From assembly GCA_000002445.1 (NCBI GenBank), contig CH464491.1, positions 3,296,001-3,360,000 of the forward strand: a DNA stretch of 64,000 nt. Reading direction: 5' to 3'. The DNA comes from Trypanosoma brucei (lineage: Eukaryota). The notes beneath the pieces were generated by a model, which was not told the DNA's origin, searched no databases, and saw only the letters and a list, made by a program, of their open reading frames with translations. The position numbers and the translations under genes are program-made. Positions 34,430 through 44,058 of this stretch are shown piece by piece. Each line of letters opens with the position of its first letter. Position 1 is the stretch's first letter.

Positions 34430-35485
34430 ATGCAGGTTAGCGACGGCAATCCTGCCATGCCTCCACTGAGCGTCATCAAATGGTGGTATGAAAAAGATGA
34501 TGAGCAACGGCGGGCCTTTCTAGCGGCGGATAATATTTCTGAAAAGGTGCAACAAAACATTCGCGCAGTCGAGTGCTTTGCCGAACAGCACAGTTATTAC
34601 ATTATGTGCGAGACAAAGTTAGCGATACGACCCCTTCCCCCACTCTCACCGCAACCAAATCAACCGCGCTCTCGTGCATGGCTCGGTGATGTCGCTTCAG
34701 TGTGGTTACCATGTCCCGTACACGCCATCATGGATTACGGCGGGAGGTATCAGACGACAGAGCAGAGGGAGGCGCGCCGCAAAGAGGCGGAGCGGCTCAT
34801 TAGCATTATATACTCACGAACAGCTTCTGTACTGCATAGCTACTGCGGGGCCCAACAGGAAACGCAGAAGCATGCCAATGGTAAAGACAATTCATCGGAG
34901 GCGTGGAGGTCCCGCTCGGCTCGCATTCTCGTCGATGTGTTAGTTGAAGCGTCCGTTGCGGCACTGTGCCGGTTGGGTCTCACCGACGAGTTGGAGGCCA
35001 TAGAAAAACAAAAATCGAGTAGGAACGAAGCGGCGCTGGAGGTGCGTGAGGCGCCGCTATTCGCTGAAACCCCCAAACCAGTTGGGGCATGTCGTGCTGA
35101 GGCGTGGGGATGTTTAGGTTTGTGGGAGATTTTGCAGTCGAGAGTAGGAGACGTATCGGAGCTGGTGACACTTTTTTCCACCTCGGTTGCTGCAACGTCG
35201 GGTGCGAAGCGTCCGCGGGTAGACGAGTCGAACAGCAGCCCTTCCGAAGGCACTACAGAAGCGGCAAAGCCGAACCAATGGAAAGTTCTTCGTGAAGTGT
35301 TTTGCTCGCTGGTGCCCGGTACGGATTCGACACATGGCGAGCACGACTCCACTGATGATAATAACAGTAAGAGCCTATCGCTAATTCCTTGCCGTAAGGC
35401 TCCACGTATAACTATTACCGCAGCAGACGTGCGTTGTGGTATTGCGAAGGTGTTGAAGAAACACCGACCGGTGAAGCCTTTATAA
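34430..35485 (+). CDS. Hypothetical protein
   Basis: Track ORF starts at GTG 34310 and runs through a polypyrimidine tract. ATG 34430 follows the polyY tract and an AG. Sense orientation of the PTU. Competing antisense ORF 34840..35592 rejected. Confidence 0.45.
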   Translation: MQVSDGNPAMPPLSVIKWWYEKDDEQRRAFLAADNISEKVQQNIRAVECFAEQHSYYIMCETKLAIRPLPPLSPQPNQPRSRAWLGDVASVWLPCPVHAIMDYGGRYQTTEQREARRKEAERLISIIYSRTASVLHSYCGAQQETQKHANGKDNSSEAWRSRSARILVDVLVEASVAALCRLGLTDELEAIEKQKSSRNEAALEVREAPLFAETPKPVGACRAEAWGCLGLWEILQSRVGDVSELVTLFSTSVAATSGAKRPRVDESNSSPSEGTTEAAKPNQWKVLREVFCSLVPGTDSTHGEHDSTDDNNSKSLSLIPCRKAPRITITAADVRCGIAKVLKKHRPVKPL

Positions 35486-36203
35486 GAAGACAAAAAGAGA
35501 TTTATTTCAATAAGCGGATAGGGGAAGGCTACAGCGCCCATACCTTCATCCCCGTATGGGGAAATAAAGGATATACACGAGTTATGGAGCAAGGCATCTT
35601 TTCTTTATTAACCCTTTGTTATTTAAGGGGACCCCCTCCCCTTATCCTCCCATAGGCTTCGGAATAGTGGACACAAGCAAGGTTGCGATGCCTTGACGCA
35701 ATGGACTTTGATTTTTGTACACACCTTAAAGGGAAGGCATTGCTTCGGAGAGGAGCAGCCGAAGATTAAAGTAAAGTGAATAAGGCCACTAAGTGTTTGT
35801 GTGTTTATCTGTGGTTGGAGTGGAGTGGAGTGGATCAACTTACTAACGGTTATCATGAGTGAAACGTGTTGGTAACTGCCATACCCGGAGCACGTGTCAT
35901 TAATGATTGTATTGGGTGCAATATGCTGTGGGGTAAATTTGAGTGGGGAATTCGTTGCCGCCTCAACAGGAGATGTGGCTTTTGAGGAACAAGTGGCGCA
36001 AGGCCCAGGCCGCCGGGCGACTTCTTTCCCGCGGTTGTACAACAGAAAAGAAAAAAAAAAAGAGGCTCGATTTGTTCGATTGTTTTGTGTGTAATGGGTG
36101 TCGTTCACAGCTAAGTGATCACACAACGACCGCTCTCTGCGTCTCTACCTACACATACAAAAGGCAAAAGATACGATAGCAGGCGTGAAGAATCACTACC
36201 GGC

Positions 36204-36656
36204 ATGCACTTAACCTTAGGTGTGTTAACGGAGGATGAAGATGCCCGCACTGCCCTCAGTGAAGCTGTAGAAAACCAATGTCTGCCCCGATTTGAAAACA
36301 ACGATGGTCCCCTTTTGGATGTTTGGTTAGGTGAACGAAAACTATTTGGTCTCGTCGAGCGTGTCGCGCCGAATAACTTTCTGCAAGTTACCTCTGAGAA
36401 TGGAGGCACTGCAAAAGGCGAAAGCACTTGTGCGGATGATCCGCACGATATGCGCGTGACAGACAACGTTTCATTTATTATTCGCCTTTCATCGGTGCCA
36501 CATACGTCCCTTCAACCTGGCTTTACTGCGGAAGATGCCTTTGTGAACTGCACGCGCATTGTCATGGCTTATTCGGCACAACTGGAGCGCGGTGCGTCGG
36601 CGGAGCTCGTGGGCTCCGACGCAAGCGCTGAGTACATGCGCTTCACAGAAAAATGA
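36204..36656 (+). CDS. Small hypothetical protein (150 aa)
   Basis: ATG ORF in PTU orientation with coding-like codon usage. No motif recognised. Confidence 0.4.
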   Translation: MHLTLGVLTEDEDARTALSEAVENQCLPRFENNDGPLLDVWLGERKLFGLVERVAPNNFLQVTSENGGTAKGESTCADDPHDMRVTDNVSFIIRLSSVPHTSLQPGFTAEDAFVNCTRIVMAYSAQLERGASAELVGSDASAEYMRFTEK

Positions 36657-39600
36657 AGGGGAATGCCCCCGCTTGTGCGCATAAATGCGGGGCCAAATTA
36701 TTCAACTTTCTTATTCATGGTCGTAACAACCCCTTAATGATCGCACCTGTGAGGGCGCAGCGACCATATGCCACTGCCAACACTGCCCCAATCCCTTCTT
36801 CGTAACATTTTTTTTGTGGTTTTTCCAATGCCGCTTTATGCCTCCCGTAAACCAAGGCTGAAGGGAGATGCATAATTCCAATGGAGGGTTGCGCATCAGC
36901 GCATCCACCGCAGACCCTCAGTCACCCAAGCCTCAAGAACAGAAAGACTCCATACACCTCTGGTCGTGGGAACTGTTCGTGGATGCAAAAAGGAAGCGTT
37001 TCAAGCCTTCGGCGGTAACGGTACCCATCTCCTTTTATCTCCATTACGTAATTCAATCGTTGCATTTCCCTTTGCTGCCGCATGTTGAAAGCCGCTCTGT
37101 TGATGAACACCACTGGCGAGAAAGCTATGGAGTCGGCAGACACACTCACTTGTCATCCCCATAACATTTAGTGGTGCCAGTTAAACCCCGCGTATCACAA
37201 AAAACCCTCTTTCCGAGTGTCAATGTCCGACGGCAACCCAACACAGCATAGCAGGGTTTCGGCCGCCTTACTCTGATGCCAACATGACCGTGAGAAACTG
37301 TAGCAACGGCGCAGGCGTCACGCCCTGTGAGACTAGGAGCCCACAACCCGCGTTTTAAACTTCGGTATTAGAACCGAGGACTTCGGCCACGTCAACAAGA
37401 CAACAAACGCAAGCAACCCCCCGCATTCCACAACCTGATGGACCCTCATTGACCTTGTGAGCGAAGGGACACTCATCGGTGGCGGTTGGTACTCGGTAGT
37501 GAAAAGGAGGGGTTTAAAGGGAGGGATAATCGGCCCTCAAACTTCTAAGCTGTTTTTACTCATCTTGAACGAAGGCCACATAACACCCGGTGTTCATTTA
37601 ACACAGCGTGGAAAGCTATGGCGCCCGGACGGCTGCACCAGGGTTCTTTTGCTCGTCCCATACAAATTACTCCTTTACCAAATCTGCACCGTCCCAAGTT
37701 GGTTTCCTCCAGACCTTCCTGGTGATTCCGACCACCTCAACGTGGTGCCACTCTCGTCCGGTATCCCGTCTTATTGAGGGGAGCCAAGTGCCTGCAGCGT
37801 CTTGCTGGGACACCGTTTTTCACTTGTCCGTCCCTGGGCACGTGGCAGTGTGCCATCAGGAGTATCATCCGCATTGAGATGCTGCTGTCCAGTTATCGTG
37901 TTAGGAGGCTTATTGCCCCACCTGCCGCATGCCGTGCACTGGCAGATCTAAGACAAAAGAAAAATAATATATGGCGAGATGGTTTAAAGAAGAGACTCTC
38001 AGCCACATCTACTGGTAAGAACCAAATCGAGGCGCTTCACGGTGGTGGCCGGTAGTGGCACCAGTGGGGGAGAACTTCCGTGAAAGCACGATGAAAATTC
38101 TAAAAGAAAAAAGGGAATGAGAGATATTCAATAAGGATTTGGAATGCGTTTTGGTCTCGTGTATCTGTGAAGTTCGTTTGTTGTATGTGTTTTTTTTTAC
38201 CGACTTAAGAAGGACGGCCGACACGTTCATTGTGATTTAAGCACCTTTAATGAGACTGGCGTCGGTTCTCCGCATAACTGAAACGGAATGCAACTGGTTG
38301 AATAAGATGAACTATAGAGGGATGTGCAAAAGATGGAGGCACTGGTACGGCGCAATGTGTGAAGACGGCATAATGACCCTACACCCAAAAATATCGACAA
38401 AGTCAGAAACTGTGCTTGACGACGGTTGGGGTGAACGGGTTTGGAAGCCTCGAGGAAGTCACAAGATCGCTTGCAAGGGCAGGCAACTCTCAGGATGTAA
38501 AACCGTGTACGGCAGAGGCGTGCCAAAATATCATCTCCAGAAAACCAGAACACACATGCGGATGGAGTACCAAGGCCCGCTGGTGGTGACCGCGAGTCTG
38601 CCGAAAGCGGCAAACCGGTTAAACGAGATGTGACCGACTTGAGAACCAGCGCACCTCCGCCAAATCAAGGGAACAAGGAAGATGGCGAACAGGCTGATCA
38701 TGTCAACACGGACCAACTCCAGGAAGGACGAGAAAAGAGGACGGAAGATACGGCCACTGGAGGCGAGGGGTTCAAGGGGGGGAAAATAGCATAACAAACC
38801 GATATGAACTGGAAAGCGCTCCGTTTTTCGCTGTATTAAGGCTCACGAACAAATTAACAGTGTGAAAAAGAGTTGCGAGCTTCGCCCAAGACGTAACCCC
38901 GGGGGGGGTGGAGGTTGCACCGCAGGTAAGTCCAAGGACAGCGCGAATGCAGCGTGGGAAGCAGTGGGGAGCTCGTAACGGCCCCAAAGCACCAGAAAAC
39001 ACCAAGATCAAAGTTAATACTTGCCGCCCCACCCGAAAGTGCATGGACTAAAGATGCCCGGCAGTCCAAACCATGGTAATTCCAGAAGGTCGCTATGGCA
39101 AAGGTTTATGCATTAGACATAGGGCGGGCAAGTCACCAGGCTGTGTGGGAAAAGGCTTTCGTGCGCCGCGCAGATGATGTTCAGTTGGAGGGCGGAATAC
39201 AATTATTTGGGAAATCAGGCTGAGAAAGGTGGCGAAATAGTAATTACAAAAAAAAAACATCGACGGGAAGCACAACGGCGTGGGAGGATAACACCCAACA
39301 TTTGGGGCACCAGGCTGAAGAGGTCCATGCCGACGGTGCACTCGGCTTTTCGACCAAAAAAAGAACGAAACCTGGTGTGGACGTAAAAGGGTTGGGGTTA
39401 GGGGGGAGGGGATGCCGTGCAGCGAAAATTCCGCTCCCCAAAGGGGCTATTACCTCAAACAAGTTCCTAACAATAGGGACGGTGATATACTGTCTTTCGG
39501 CACAAAAGTGTTTATCAACATCCGAAAAAATGCGCACTAACGAAAAATAAATATCTCTTGTGCCATTTGAATTATTGATGCGTCGAAGTTGAGAGAGATG

Positions 39601-39694
39601 GCAGCCGTCTTGGGGATTGCTTTTGAGCGTAATCAAAATTGGAGGTGCACATTTCTTTGAACCTGTGTCTTTTCCTTTAACTGTTAATAGCAAG

Positions 39695-40957
39695 ATGGAG
39701 GGTTTGTGTGGGTGGTGGTGCATCCTATTTGTCGTAACAATCTCTCAAGCTGGTGAAGCACAAGAAAAACCAATTAACCGGGACGAGTTCGAAGCCCTGT
39801 GCAGGTTTATAAATCTCGCGGGAGACAGTGAGACACCAACGAAGGTTGAGAAAAATGTCAAGCGAACAGTGAAGAAAATTCTAACCGAAAGTGGGGTGGC
39901 CGATAGCAGGAAAAAGGAACTCGAAGATCTGCAAAAGCAAGCAGAGAAGTATCGAGAGGAAAACATGTCATTTTGGGAAACAGTAGGGATGGGGGAGATA
40001 AATAGGAGCTTGACGGACGCACTCTACGGGGAGAACCACAACGCCGTTGTTAAAGCACAAGGGAGTAGAGACCCCATCTGCGGCGCCAGAGAGGCGGACG
40101 CGGGTACGGAGGCAGGAAAGTCACTGGTGATCGACTTATTTTGCCTATGTTCCACATCGCCAGAACTTCACAACTTTCAGCAGATTTGCTGCGCCGACTG
40201 TCGAGGTGGAGCAAACGACCACCCCTGGATTCCTTCGGAAGATGGGAACCAGAGATGGAAGTTCCTTGCGCAAAAATGTGGAGAAACTAATCAAGGTGGA
40301 AAGCTCTCAACAGACTCCATTGAGAAGTCAGCCGAATTCTTTTTGAAAACATTGAAAAATCCCTTAGACTCAAGAGCGGAGGCACGCCGCACAGTGCTAG
40401 GAAGCACCAACGGCGATGTTAGCATTAATTGCAACGGTTGGAAAACTTCGGGAAACGGACGGTGCGTCAAATACGATCCAAACCACTTAAATGATGGGAT
40501 CCTGTCAATACCATGGTACGTAAAATTGGCGAAGGCAGCGACCCGAATGGATAAATTAATGGAAGCTGAAAAAACGTTGCGTGAGATTCTGGAAAATGTG
40601 GAGAAGTTGGAACGAAAGCAAGTCGCAATACCACCCAAACCTGCTGACGAGGGTAATGCCGTCCCGAGCGTCTCAAAAGACGTCGTAGAAAACAACAATG
40701 AAAATTCCGGCGTAAGTAATAATCGTGAGAAAAGAGAAAGCAAAGGTGAACTCAACGAAGAGAAATCACCAGGGAGTGAAAAGTCGCCGGAGGAAGTCGA
40801 CTGTGACGGCTGTAAACCCGAAGAAGGGTGTGAGGAGGGAAAATGTGAAAGCGAAAATGGGAGACACGACTCTGAAGGCACAAAAAGGCCACCTGTAAAG
40901 AGCCATTCTGCAACAATAATCGGTGGTTCGTTGAAGTTTTTCTTGCTTTTGGGATAA
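39695..40957 (+). CDS. VSG-like / GPI-anchored surface protein candidate (signal peptide, Cys-containing ectodomain, acidic Cys-rich C-terminal module, hydrophobic GPI-signal tail)
   Basis: Track ORF starts at TTG 39617; ATG is at 39695. N-terminal signal peptide MEGLCGWWCILFVVTISQAGEA. Helical region with an EFEALCRFINLAGD-type motif. C-terminal DCDGCKPEEGCEEGKCESENG followed by KS|HSATIIGGSLKFFLLLG, a 17-aa hydrophobic tail after Ser, as in trypanosome GPI-addition signals. Confidence 0.5.
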   Translation: MEGLCGWWCILFVVTISQAGEAQEKPINRDEFEALCRFINLAGDSETPTKVEKNVKRTVKKILTESGVADSRKKELEDLQKQAEKYREENMSFWETVGMGEINRSLTDALYGENHNAVVKAQGSRDPICGAREADAGTEAGKSLVIDLFCLCSTSPELHNFQQICCADCRGGANDHPWIPSEDGNQRWKFLAQKCGETNQGGKLSTDSIEKSAEFFLKTLKNPLDSRAEARRTVLGSTNGDVSINCNGWKTSGNGRCVKYDPNHLNDGILSIPWYVKLAKAATRMDKLMEAEKTLREILENVEKLERKQVAIPPKPADEGNAVPSVSKDVVENNNENSGVSNNREKRESKGELNEEKSPGSEKSPEEVDCDGCKPEEGCEEGKCESENGRHDSEGTKRPPVKSHSATIIGGSLKFFLLLG

Positions 40958-42579
40958 AGAGTTCTCCGTAAGCTTCAAAAGAATAAAAAGGTGGTGAAGG
41001 ACACAACTCCAGTCACACAAGCGTAAAAATATTAACCACTGTACCATTCCTGAGTTGTGTGATGGGAAATGAGTTCGCCAACCCAAAGTTTGGAACAAAA
41101 ATGGCCAACTATCGGGGAGGAGGGAGGCAGCGGGTACCACTGAACCATCTCCCTAGTCGCGGTGGTTCCCAGAATATTTTTTTGACGCGTAATGCGTAAG
41201 CCCTATATTATCACCGGAACTGAAAATTTGCTCGAAATATATTGATATTTTTGTTTTAAAGTGCAACGGAAACGAAACACGACAAGTACGTATTTTTATG
41301 AACGTCTAAAAGTTTATCAACTTCTCACATGCAAATTTACTCCCGAAAACAACTATATATAAAATGAAAGTAGTTGCAAATGCGCGAAGAATTTTCTTCT
41401 CCTGTCATCAATCACCGCCCCAAAGCGCCCGTTTAGTCCGTGGGAAAAGGGAGGAAACGTCCTTGCAAAAATAAAAAAACGCCGTGTTGAGACGGTATGA
41501 AATACAAGGGTGGAGAAAGGCCGCGTCCGTCCGCTAAACATCACCCGTTATTGCGGATTGCGTGTGACACTCTCAGGAAATGTTTTCGTGTCGGGAATGG
41601 GAACGCAGAACAACAACAGCACAGTTTCACAACCCCTGTCTTCTTTAAACGCCCGTATTATGTCAAAAAAAAAAAAAGACAGTACAACTGGAGCGCCGAT
41701 ACGCGTGACGTCGGGGGTAACTCTGTCTCTCTGTTTCGCGTAATCTTATCTTATTAGTGCCATCCGATCCGTGCCAGCAAGCCGCAACACTCATGTTGAT
41801 GGAATAACTCCGCCGCCGGCACACCGCCTTCTAAGAACCCGAAAAGGCGGTTTGGAAAATGGATGGTGGGAGGTTCCGCTCGAAGGTTATTTTATCAACA
41901 GCTGCAGCCCGGCAAACTTAACATGGCGTTGAATTAACGATAGCTGAGAAACTGCGCGACACTCTTCTCGAAACCAACGGACCGCTTCTTTCAGTCCCCT
42001 TCGTGTCATTTCATGAAACCCGTCTTGTCCAAATCCCCTCTCGGAATCTCACTGCTCTCCGTCGAAACAGATGGCGCGAAGCGATCAGAAGCCGGTGGTG
42101 GGATTCGGCCACACATCCGCCAAACCTGCCGATGTGATTCGAGTCTCGTTGGGAGGGGGAAGTCACATTATGCAGGTGGATTTGACCTTATATATCACAT
42201 TTTTCCTTCCCTTTCCTCACTGATGCTAGCACAGGGGGAACGTGGAGAGAAATGGGGAAATAATGGTGTGTACAAAGCTTATTTCCTTGCTTCAGACGAA
42301 GGTAGCGGGGGCCCGCGCAGAAGCTTACATGAAAGACGTCCCTGTCAGAACTGCTGGTGTTTCCAAAGGGAAGGAAAAGACAGACTAGTGAGGCACCCTC
42401 CGCCTGTAACGGCACAGTTTGGGAAATCTTAAAAAAAAACTCCCCCAGAGGGGGGAGGGGGAAGAAATATAGAGGGCCACACCCCCTGCCTCTGATACAA
42501 CATCGTTTCGTCATGACTCCTCCACATGTATGTGTTACACCTTTCATCAGCCTCACGGTGTTTCCGGCAGGGCGCATAT
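40958..42579. terminator. Convergent strand-switch region (cSSR) between PTU-A (+) and PTU-B (-); expected RNA pol II termination zone
   Basis: The last + gene ends at 40957 and the first - gene ends at 42580. No long ORF. Contains T- and A-runs and several short hairpins. Confidence 0.55.
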
Positions 42580-44058
42580 TTACATCCGTGGGGAGGAGCC
42601 CAGAAGAATACGATCCATATTTATTGGTTTAACGAACTTGGGAGTAGGCGAACCCGTTTGAGCAGACGTCCCATTTGGATGGGGTCTGGGCGACCGACCT
42701 CTCAACAACTCAAACCCGGGCTTGCAGTTCGGCGACCTCGTACCTTGAAACTCTGGGGGCGACGATCCCAGCGATAGTTCGGTTGCGCGCCGGCGCAGGT
42801 TTCCAACCCCGTCCCGCAGCCCGGTACCTGTTTTCCTCAAACCTCCCACGCTACGCCCCTTTGAACCACAGTTGGTCAGGCTACCGGAAAGCGCGCTTGA
42901 CGTGTGTCTGCGGTTTCCAGGGGATTTACCCACTCCCAACGTGTTGGTTGCCCTCATTGCGGAAGTCCACGCCGGCCCCGTGGCGAGGGAGTTGTACCGC
43001 TCTCTTTTTGTTGCTGGTCGAGCTGGAGCGCTCCACCCACGGTTCCGAGATGCCACACGCCCTAATGGAGGGGACACTTGTCGGTAGGAGCTCCCGACAC
43101 CACTGGCAGCAGAAACACCGCGATACCCCATGGGGGCAGCGCTCTTCATACGAAGCATGCCAAACCGCTGCTGGACAGACGTCTGGCTACGACCGCCACC
43201 TCTGCGCGCATTCATTTCCGTTTCCATCATCTTTCGCTTTGCCTGATGCGCGGACGCGAGAGCATACAGCCTTTCCCACGGTCCGCTTCCATCTTGGCGC
43301 CGTGAGGCAGCAACACTACGTCTAACAACATTCCCCCGAGAAACTTTGGGTGCAGGGGGGGCGGTCGTGCTTCGTGGCTTGGCTGCGCGGCTCCACAAGC
43401 TGCGCTCGCGGTTCGTTGGCCTCGTTGAAAAGGAGTTTTTTGGTTTGTACAGTGCTGTTGGCATTCTCGGTTGTGACAAGGCTTTGCGCCGTGGGTTCCA
43501 AACAGGCCTACGAGGGGCGCTCTCCTTGAATGGCCCCTTGTTGTTACGATATTCCTCCAACTCCCGCCGAACGCGTTTCCATAAGTCCTCAAGGGACACA
43601 TCCTCCCGATCGTCCACATCTCCCCTTGCATTCTTGTTCAACAATCCCCTCGAAGGGGTGGCTCTATTTCCCACATTTCCGCGCGCCAGCAGCCGGTTAC
43701 GACCAGCTGCACCGCTATTCTTCCCCACGGCTGGCTTGTTACGTTTGACATCATGGGTGCGACTGCGCCCCAACCCACTTGCCATTTCAAAGAGCTCCTG
43801 TAATTTTTCGTGAGACTGTTGCAAAACTGAACTTTGATCCATCCCTCCGGACATGGCGGGTTCGTAGAATGGAGTCGCCGTGGGTAACTTCGCAATACTG
43901 CCGCCGTGAAGGAGGTCATGCCCTTGTTCCAACAATTCCTCCAAGCGCGCCATGGGCCCACCGAGTTCATTGAGGTCCCTTCCCTCAACCCGACCCGCCA
44001 CTTCAAGCGGGCGGCTACTGCCCGTGGACGGAGAAGTATCAAAGGAATCACCACACAT
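42580..44058 (-). CDS. Hypothetical basic, Ser/Arg/Pro-rich low-complexity protein; paralog of 46074..46526
   Basis: Track ORF starts at GTG 44073; ATG is at 44058 (MCGDS...). 492 codons. Shares N-terminal (MARLEELLEQGHDLL) and C-terminal (DVDDREDVSLEDLWKRVRRELEEY) motifs with the next gene upstream. Confidence 0.5.
   Translation of the reverse strand: MCGDSFDTSPSTGSSRPLEVAGRVEGRDLNELGGPMARLEELLEQGHDLLHGGSIAKLPTATPFYEPAMSGGMDQSSVLQQSHEKLQELFEMASGLGRSRTHDVKRNKPAVGKNSGAAGRNRLLARGNVGNRATPSRGLLNKNARGDVDDREDVSLEDLWKRVRRELEEYRNNKGPFKESAPRRPVWNPRRKALSQPRMPTALYKPKNSFSTRPTNRERSLWSRAAKPRSTTAPPAPKVSRGNVVRRSVAASRRQDGSGPWERLYALASAHQAKRKMMETEMNARRGGGRSQTSVQQRFGMLRMKSAAPMGYRGVSAASGVGSSYRQVSPPLGRVASRNRGWSAPARPATKRERYNSLATGPAWTSAMRATNTLGVGKSPGNRRHTSSALSGSLTNCGSKGRSVGGLRKTGTGLRDGVGNLRRRATELSLGSSPPEFQGTRSPNCKPGFELLRGRSPRPHPNGTSAQTGSPTPKFVKPINMDRILLGSSPRM

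Noticed and set aside
34840-35592. 250-codon minus-strand ORF overlapping + gene 34430..35485
   Set aside because: Opposite to the PTU-A transcription direction. The + ORF is longer and properly placed after a polyY/AG signal.
40958-42579. Possible tRNA or other pol III genes in the strand-switch region
   Set aside because: Only degenerate box-B-like strings (GATTCGAGTC; GGCCGAATCC on the minus strand). No acceptor, D or anticodon stem arrangement could be built by eye, so no tRNA is reported. A covariance-model scan is needed.
42675-43325. 216-codon + strand ORF inside the minus-strand gene 42580..44058
   Set aside because: Shorter antisense ORF. PTU-B is on the minus strand and the minus ORF is more than twice as long.
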